Source: Geotalea daltonii FRC-32 (GTDB lineage: Bacteria > Desulfobacterota > Desulfuromonadia > Geobacterales > Geobacteraceae). Taken from it: a DNA stretch of 32,000 nucleotides. A program made the translations under genes and the position numbers. The notes beneath the pieces were generated by a model. That model was given only the letters and a program-made list of their open reading frames with translations. It searched no databases and was not told the DNA's origin. This document shows, in pieces, positions 27,101 to 32,000 of this stretch (position 1 is the first letter of the stretch; each line of letters opens with the position of its first letter). The stretch spans positions 3,930,001 to 3,962,000 of the forward strand of contig NC_011979.1 of NCBI RefSeq assembly GCF_000022265.1. The letters are read 5' to 3'.

Positions 27101-27191
27101 CGTCGAACGCCATGGTGGCAAAATATGGGTAGAATCGGAACCGGGTGAAGGGTCGACCTTCTTTTTTACCATGCCGGCTGCAAGAAGTTGA
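24186..27191 (+). CDS. Soluble multi-sensor histidine kinase (GAF-GAF-PAS-PAS-PAS-HisKA-HATPase)
   Basis: 1001 aa. It starts 23 nt after the previous kinase gene, with an AAGAGGA RBS. Two GAF-like blocks are followed by three PAS/PAC blocks, each ending in a D(I/V)(T/S/H)(D/E)RK motif. H-box [16 protein letters not shown]. C-terminus [24 protein letters not shown]. Confidence 0.9.
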   Translation: [1001 protein letters not shown]

Positions 27192-27217
27192 TAAGTTGCG
27201 GCCAGTAATGGGATACC

Positions 27218-27380
27218 AGGAGTCTGTCGGACTTAGGGATCGAAGCGAGAGAATGGAAAATCGAGGACGGATATTTGGAAATTTGAGAGCGAATAGTGGA
27301 CCTATTTGTCGAAAATTTACGGAGATCCGGACCGATTTGCCATTTTCGCAGCCGATTCATTCTAAGTCCGACAGACTCCT
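27218..27380. repeat. Palindromic MITE-like element E3 (163 bp) with perfect 19-bp terminal inverted repeats
   Basis: AGGAGTCTGTCGGACTTAG at 27218-27236 is the exact reverse complement of CTAAGTCCGACAGACTCCT at 27362-27380. The interior arms are also largely self-complementary. It lies between two convergent operons, and its right end overlaps the TAG stop (27379-81) of the receiver gene by 2 nt. Confidence 0.75.
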
Positions 27381-27774
27381 AGCATTCAATCAGAGCTTTT
27401 ATGGTCGCCAATCCATGCTCCAGATCCAGCGGCTTGGTGAGATAGGCATCCATACCGGCAGCATATCCTTTCTCCTCGTCTTCACTGAAGGTATGGGCCG
27501 ACATGGCAACGATCGGAATATGCCCCCCCGTTGCTTTCTCCTTTTCACGAATGATGCGGGTAGCGGTTAAACCATCCATCCGCGGCATCTGCACATCCAT
27601 GGTTATCAGGTCATACTCCCCCTGTTCCCACATTTTCACCGCTTCAGCCCCGGTCTGTGCCACGTCAGTGTCGAACCCGATCAGGTCGAGCATGTTCTGC
27701 AACAAATTGCTGGCCATTGGGTCGTCTTCGGCAATGAGAATCCGCGCCTTTTTTTCATTTTTGGCTGAGGCCAT
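27379..27774 (-). CDS. Single-domain CheY-like response regulator (last gene of the kai operon)
   Basis: Receiver motifs are present (ILIAEDD, DLITMDVQMPRMDG, VAMSAH, TKPL) and there is no output domain. I moved the start to the ATG at 27774, 2 nt after the kinase TGA stop, with GAGG upstream. The ORF track uses the TTG at 27780. Confidence 0.88.
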   Translation of the reverse strand: MASAKNEKKARILIAEDDPMASNLLQNMLDLIGFDTDVAQTGAEAVKMWEQGEYDLITMDVQMPRMDGLTATRIIREKEKATGGHIPIVAMSAHTFSEDEEKGYAAGMDAYLTKPLDLEHGLATIKALIEC

Positions 27775-27776
27775 TG

Positions 27777-29057
27777 TCAAACCTCGATCCGGAATTCAGC
27801 GCCTGCTCCGGTATTGCGTACGGTAATCCTGCCGTTCATGTTCTTTTCGATAATCGTTTTCGACATGAATAATCCGACCCCGGTCCCCTTATCCGGCCCT
27901 TTGGTGGTGAAATACGGGTCGAATATCCGAATCATGATATCTTCGCCAATCCCCCCGGCGTTATCGACTATACAGACAACAGTCTTTCCCTCTTCCATGT
28001 ATATTCTCACAGTGACAAGACGGGGTCCACTGATATCTCGCTGCACAAAAGCATCCCGTGCGTTGAGAAAGATGTTGAGGAGCACCTGGGAGTACTCGTT
28101 TGGATAGCCGTTGACGGCTGGATCACCTGCAGCGTCAAGCTGGATACTGATTTGATTCTGGGTGAAGGTTCCCTCGACAAGAGAGATTGTTTTATTAATA
28201 ACATCGAGAAGGCGGAATGAAGTCTTTTCCTTATCAGCCCTGAAAAAATTCCTGAAGTCATCGATAGTTTTGGACATATGCATGATGGTATCCATGGATT
28301 TCCTGCAGTAATCGTCAAGCTCTTCTTCGTTGAATCTGCCGGTGTTGTGCAAAAGCTGCAGCTTCTGCACCATCAGTCCCAAGGTGTTCAAAGGCTGGCG
28401 CCATTGATGGGCAATGTTGCCTATCATCTCTCCCATGGCTGCCTGCCGCCCCTGATGCATGAGCAGTTGCTCGCTTTTGCGCAGTTCTTCAGCCGTCTGC
28501 AGACGCCGCACGATTTCCGCCTGCAGAGCCTGCTGGGCCGATTTCTGCTCCGAAAGATCCGTCACCACCATATTCTGCCCCCGGCTGTTGCCTGCTACCA
28601 TGGCAGAGCATGAGAGCAGTACGGGAAAGGGCTCCCCATTCCCGGTTACCAGATCCATATCCCCTTTGCTTACCTGTGTGCATTTTCCCAGCAGGGAAGC
28701 AAAATCAGCGGCATCTGCAGTGGAAACGAAATTAGCAAATGCCACGCCGATGATCTTTTCCAGCGGGACCTTGAGCATGTCCGCCAGCGCCTTGTTGCAG
28801 TAGATGATGGTCCCATCTGGCGCCAGGGTCACCGCTCCCTCGTTCATGGATTCCACGAGGAGGCGATAGGGATAATCCGCCCCCTCAAGGGTGAATATCC
28901 TTTCTCCCTCGGGGGCGTTCACTACCAGGGCATCCACTTCACCGCCAAAGATGGCACGCAGCGTCTCCTCTGCTTCTTCGAGGCGCAGACGTAGATCCTC
29001 ATTCTCTGCCAGGATATCTTTCACTGCTCTTTTAACCATTGCCATGCCATTACCCAT
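27777..29057 (-). CDS. PAS-domain histidine kinase (kai operon)
   Basis: N-terminal coiled segment, a PAS block (LLVESMNEGAVTLAPDGTIIYCNKA), H-box NIAHQWRQPLNTL and a HATPase C-terminus (LLNIFLNARDA, DNAGGI, GTGVGLFMSKTII). The start is ambiguous among the ATGs at 29057, 29045 and 29039. Confidence 0.88.
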   Translation of the reverse strand: MGNGMAMVKRAVKDILAENEDLRLRLEEAEETLRAIFGGEVDALVVNAPEGERIFTLEGADYPYRLLVESMNEGAVTLAPDGTIIYCNKALADMLKVPLEKIIGVAFANFVSTADAADFASLLGKCTQVSKGDMDLVTGNGEPFPVLLSCSAMVAGNSRGQNMVVTDLSEQKSAQQALQAEIVRRLQTAEELRKSEQLLMHQGRQAAMGEMIGNIAHQWRQPLNTLGLMVQKLQLLHNTGRFNEEELDDYCRKSMDTIMHMSKTIDDFRNFFRADKEKTSFRLLDVINKTISLVEGTFTQNQISIQLDAAGDPAVNGYPNEYSQVLLNIFLNARDAFVQRDISGPRLVTVRIYMEEGKTVVCIVDNAGGIGEDIMIRIFDPYFTTKGPDKGTGVGLFMSKTIIEKNMNGRITVRNTGAGAEFRIEV

Positions 29058-29065
29058 ATCAGAGG

Positions 29066-29425
29066 CTACTTTTTCGTGCGCACATCAAGCCCCAGGAGAA
29101 TTTTATCCGTTTGCGACATGTCGCCGATGAACTTCCGTAGCGGCGGCGGGAGTTCCTTGACCAGAGTGGGAGCTGCAACTATCTGGCCCTCCCTGGCGTA
29201 TATCGGCTGTTGGTAAATATCGATGATTTCCAACTCGTATCGTCCATTGAGATGTTCCTCGCAGATCTTCCGTACATTCTCGATGGCGCGCTGTGAATTG
29301 GGGGTTGTCCCGGTGACGTAGAGACGCAGGATGTATTTCCCCTTCTTCGTCTTTTCTACGGCCAGTTCGAAGTCCTTGAGCGCATTCCCCGCTGCCGAGC
29401 CTTCATCCTTTTTTTTCTTCCCCAT
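29066..29425 (-). CDS. kaiB: KaiB-family protein, copy 2 (119 aa)
   Basis: The core YILRLYVTGTTPNSQRAIENVRKICEE ... APTLVKELPPPLRKFIGDMSQTDKILLGLD aligns by eye with cyanobacterial KaiB (LKLYVAGNTPNS ... [28 protein letters not shown]). It has a Lys-rich N-terminal extension of about 30 aa. GGAG RBS. Confidence 0.9.
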   Translation of the reverse strand: MGKKKKDEGSAAGNALKDFELAVEKTKKGKYILRLYVTGTTPNSQRAIENVRKICEEHLNGRYELEIIDIYQQPIYAREGQIVAAPTLVKELPPPLRKFIGDMSQTDKILLGLDVRTKK

Positions 29426-29459
29426 TACAAGCTCCGGATACTATTAAATGTGATTCGGC

Positions 29460-29789
29460 TCATTTGACCGGCCGGATGTCAAGACCGACCAAGACCTTTT
29501 CGGTGTTGGACAGGTCGCCGATTATCTTCTTCACCGGCTCGGGCAGTTTCCGCACCAGGGTCGGCAGGGCCAGAATCTGATCACCTTTGGCCAGCTCCGG
29601 ATTTATCAACAGGTCTATAATTTCGATCTGATATTGCCCGGCCAAGTGCTCCTCGCAGATTTTTTTCAGGTTGGCAAACGCAGTCAGACATTTTGGTGTC
29701 TGCCCAGCCACGTACAATCTCAGGGTCCAGTGCTCCTGGTCCGTTTTGCGGCTTTCTCCCGCTGATTTGGCTTCCTTCACGGCACTCAT
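29460..29789 (-). CDS. kaiB: KaiB-family protein, copy 1 (109 aa)
   Basis: [27 protein letters not shown] ... [30 protein letters not shown]. The start ATG overlaps the kaiC stop as ATGA (29786-29789). Confidence 0.9.
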   Translation of the reverse strand: MSAVKEAKSAGESRKTDQEHWTLRLYVAGQTPKCLTAFANLKKICEEHLAGQYQIEIIDLLINPELAKGDQILALPTLVRKLPEPVKKIIGDLSNTEKVLVGLDIRPVK

Positions 29790-31528
29790 TGCGTCCCTTC
29801 CCCCTTTGAGCTTTTCCTGTTGATAGCCGAAGAGGCCACGCTGTCCGCTTGCCGCGCCTTCGCCAACTCCAGGCTTTCCCTCATCAGTGCCTCGTCGTTT
29901 AATTTTTCATGGGTTACAATTCGTTGCAGTTCTTCCTGCTCAATCTCAAATTCCTCCTGCAGAGAGGCAATCTGGGCTTCCACAATCTTTTTCCGGCGTT
30001 CCAGCTCGCGCTGTTTCCGCTCTGTCTCCTGTCGTCGATCAATGGCAGAGGCCCTGTCCTTGGCCTCTTGGGCGATCCGAGCCGCGCCGGTTAACACCCC
30101 CCCCTGGCCCACATATACGTCACGCAGGTTAACTCCTTGATCCGTCAGCAGAAATTCCCGCACCTGGTTGGAATGGGCTATGCCACGGGCTTTGAGTATG
30201 TACAGGCCACGGTTGCGCTCTCCGCTGGACTCAATGTTCTGAAGCAGGAGCCAGGCGTCCATGAGTGATGAGATGCCGACTTCCGTCCTTTCCAGGCTGG
30301 CACTAGTAGTGGTCAAGTCAGTGCAAAAAGCGGTGATCTGTTTCAATTTCAGATAATCTACCAACCGGCAGAGCATGGACTTGACCTCGCTCTCAGTGGC
30401 TGTGGTCACCAGATTTGAGATGGGATCGATGACGACAATGGCTGGAGAAAAGCCTTCAACTGCTTTGTGCATGGTTACCAGGTGCATCTCCAGGCCATAA
30501 ATGGTGGGACGGGTAGTATGAAACCTGAGAAGTCCCTTCTCCACCCACTGTTCCAGATCCAAGCCGATGGAGCGCATATTGCGGAGAATCTGGCTCTGGG
30601 ATTCCTCGAAGGCGAAGTAAAGACAGCGCTCCCCCCGGCGACAGGCAGCATTGACAAAATGTGCAGCCATGCTGCTCTTGCCGGTTCCCGCCGTACCGGT
30701 AACCAGGATACTGCTCCCCCGGTAATACCCTTTTCCCCCGAGCATGGTGTCAAGGCGCGGAATACCTGTAGAGACTCGCTCGGTAGAAGCTCGATGATCA
30801 AGGCCGAGAGAGGTAATTGGCATGACGGAGAAACCCTGCTCGTCGATCAGGAATGGATATTCGTTGGTCCCGTGGGAGGAGCCGCGATATTTGATGATCC
30901 GCAGGCGCCGGGTAGCAACCTGCTCGACCACCGTATGGTTGAGGAAGATCACACAGTCGGCCACATACTCTTCCAAACCGTAACGGGTCAGGGTCCGCTC
31001 ACCCTGCTCTCCGGTAACGATGGCGGTGACCCCTTTGGCCTTCAGAAACCGGAACAGCCGCCGCAACTCAGCCCGCAGGATAGATTCGCTGGAAAAGCCC
31101 GAGAACAGTGCTTCAACCGTATCCAAAACTACCCGCTTCGCACCAACGGAATCTATGGCATGGCCGAGACGGATGAAAAGCCCTTCCAGGTCGTATTCGC
31201 CCGTTTCCTCAATCTCGCTTCGCTCGATGTGCACGTAATCCAGGGCAAGAAGATGTCTTGCCAGAAGGTCCTTGAGATTGAAACCGAGGGAAGCATAATT
31301 CTGCACCAGTTCATCCGGTTTCTCTTCAAAGGACATGAAGACCCCCGGCTCATCGTGATGCAAAGCGCCACGCAGCAGGAACTCCATAGCAAAGAGTGTT
31401 TTACCGCAACCCGTGCCACCACAGACCAAAGTTGGCCGACCCTGCGGCAAGCCACCACCCGTTATCTCGTCCAGCCCCCTTATCCCGGTGGGGCATTTGA
31501 GTAAGACCTCATTCTTCACTTTCATCAT
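29786..31528 (-). CDS. kaiC: KaiC-family double-domain ATPase/autokinase with a C-terminal coiled-coil extension of about 100 aa
   Basis: Two RecA-like halves carry Walker A GGTGCGKT and GTAGTGKS, catalytic EE pairs (MSFEEK, FAFEES) and Walker B motifs (VVLDTV, VVIDPIS). TEVGISS lies at the position of the cyanobacterial T426/S431/T432 phospho-sites. The start is ambiguous (TTG 31546 after GGAGGAG, or ATG 31528/31525). Confidence 0.93.
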   Translation of the reverse strand: MMKVKNEVLLKCPTGIRGLDEITGGGLPQGRPTLVCGGTGCGKTLFAMEFLLRGALHHDEPGVFMSFEEKPDELVQNYASLGFNLKDLLARHLLALDYVHIERSEIEETGEYDLEGLFIRLGHAIDSVGAKRVVLDTVEALFSGFSSESILRAELRRLFRFLKAKGVTAIVTGEQGERTLTRYGLEEYVADCVIFLNHTVVEQVATRRLRIIKYRGSSHGTNEYPFLIDEQGFSVMPITSLGLDHRASTERVSTGIPRLDTMLGGKGYYRGSSILVTGTAGTGKSSMAAHFVNAACRRGERCLYFAFEESQSQILRNMRSIGLDLEQWVEKGLLRFHTTRPTIYGLEMHLVTMHKAVEGFSPAIVVIDPISNLVTTATESEVKSMLCRLVDYLKLKQITAFCTDLTTTSASLERTEVGISSLMDAWLLLQNIESSGERNRGLYILKARGIAHSNQVREFLLTDQGVNLRDVYVGQGGVLTGAARIAQEAKDRASAIDRRQETERKQRELERRKKIVEAQIASLQEEFEIEQEELQRIVTHEKLNDEALMRESLELAKARQADSVASSAINRKSSKGEGTQ

Positions 31529-31870
31529 CTTTCCTTTCCCAGCCAATCTGCTCCTCCCGCCGCCACCATGATAATGAACTTTGGATTAATAACACAGTCG
31601 ACAATGATTTTGAAGAAAACATTGAATAAGTTTATCTAAAAAAAACCCACGGCATCTCCACCGGAGGTTAGTTTATTCAGTCCGTTACCCCGGCCATATG
31701 GCCGTCACCAGCATCCTTCAAGGTGCCAACCAGAAGCTGAGAAAATGATGGATCATGTACAGGTCATCGGCAGGCTGGCATGAATTGGGTGATGGGAAAG
31801 CGCGTAAAGAGCAAGGTATAAGGTGCTTCATATTCAGCGGCTAAACACCATGAAAAAAAAGAAGTACTAT

Positions 31871-32000
31871 TCAAATCGTGAAATAAAAAGTAGCGCCGCG
31901 GCCCGGTTCCCCATGGCCCCGGATATCTCCCCCATGGCGTCTGATGGCAGCCTTTGCCAGTGTGAGACCGATACCATTGCCCGAGGATCCAGCCAGCTCA
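31871..32000 (-). CDS. 3' end of another histidine kinase gene (partial, runs off the window)
   Basis: My hand translation of the minus strand gives ...GNGIGLTLAKAAIRRHGGDIRGHGEPGRGATFYFTI, with a TGA stop at 31871-31873. This is a typical HATPase G2-box and C-terminal strand. Confidence 0.55.
   Translation of the reverse strand, partial: ELAGSSGNGIGLTLAKAAIRRHGGDIRGHGEPGRGATFYFTI

Noticed and set aside
27145-27570. 141-aa plus-strand ORF spanning the end of the kinase gene, element E3 and the receiver gene
   Set aside because: It reads through a palindromic repeat and then runs antisense to a well-supported receiver domain. It has no RBS and no recognisable fold.
30467-31504. 345-aa plus-strand ORF
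   Set aside because: It is antisense to kaiC, whose minus-strand frame carries both Walker A motifs and all the catalytic residues. The plus-strand product has no family signal.
31700-31720. TGGCAC on the minus strand upstream of kaiC as a sigma54 -24 element
   Set aside because: No GC dinucleotide occurs at the required -12 spacing. The downstream bases read CTTGAAGGATGC, which places the GC three positions too far away.
31849-32000. Plus-strand ORF MKKKKYYSNREIK... open to the window edge
   Set aside because: It has no RBS. The opposite strand encodes a textbook HATPase C-terminus (GNGIGLTLAKAAIRRHGG ... GATFYFTI stop), so the plus-strand frame is a shadow ORF.

Overview
The window looks like chromosomal DNA from a Geobacter-type deltaproteobacterium (Desulfuromonadales). 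That assignment is an inference from a eukaryote-like citrate synthase, the mtnP-rlmN-ndk neighbourhood and the very high density of PAS/GAF sensor kinases. I found no rRNA, tRNA, CRISPR array, transposase or phage gene by eye.

Positions 1-19 kb are mostly housekeeping genes: MTA phosphorylase, RlmN, Ndk, an aldehyde dehydrogenase, AMMECR1, citrate synthase, an M24 peptidase, an acyl-CoA synthetase, a PhoB/PhoR-like two-component pair, a rhomboid protease, an HD-GYP protein and an M1 peptidase.

Positions 19.8-32 kb form a signalling island with a PilZ protein, five complete histidine kinases and one partial one. Its main feature is a tightly packed, KaiA-less five-gene operon on the minus strand: kaiC (with a long C-terminal coiled-coil tail), kaiB, kaiB, a PAS histidine kinase and a CheY-like receiver. 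This is my best candidate for an uncharacterised system, a KaiBC timer or switch wired to a two-component output in a probable non-phototroph.

The second theme is non-coding. Several intergenic gaps are filled by MITE-like palindromic elements. Two copies of one family begin exactly on the TAA stop codon of the upstream gene. A nested pair lies upstream of the phoB-like gene. A 163-bp element with perfect 19-bp terminal inverted repeats separates two convergent kinase operons.

All coordinates and motif calls were made by hand from the sequence and the ORF track. No database search was run.
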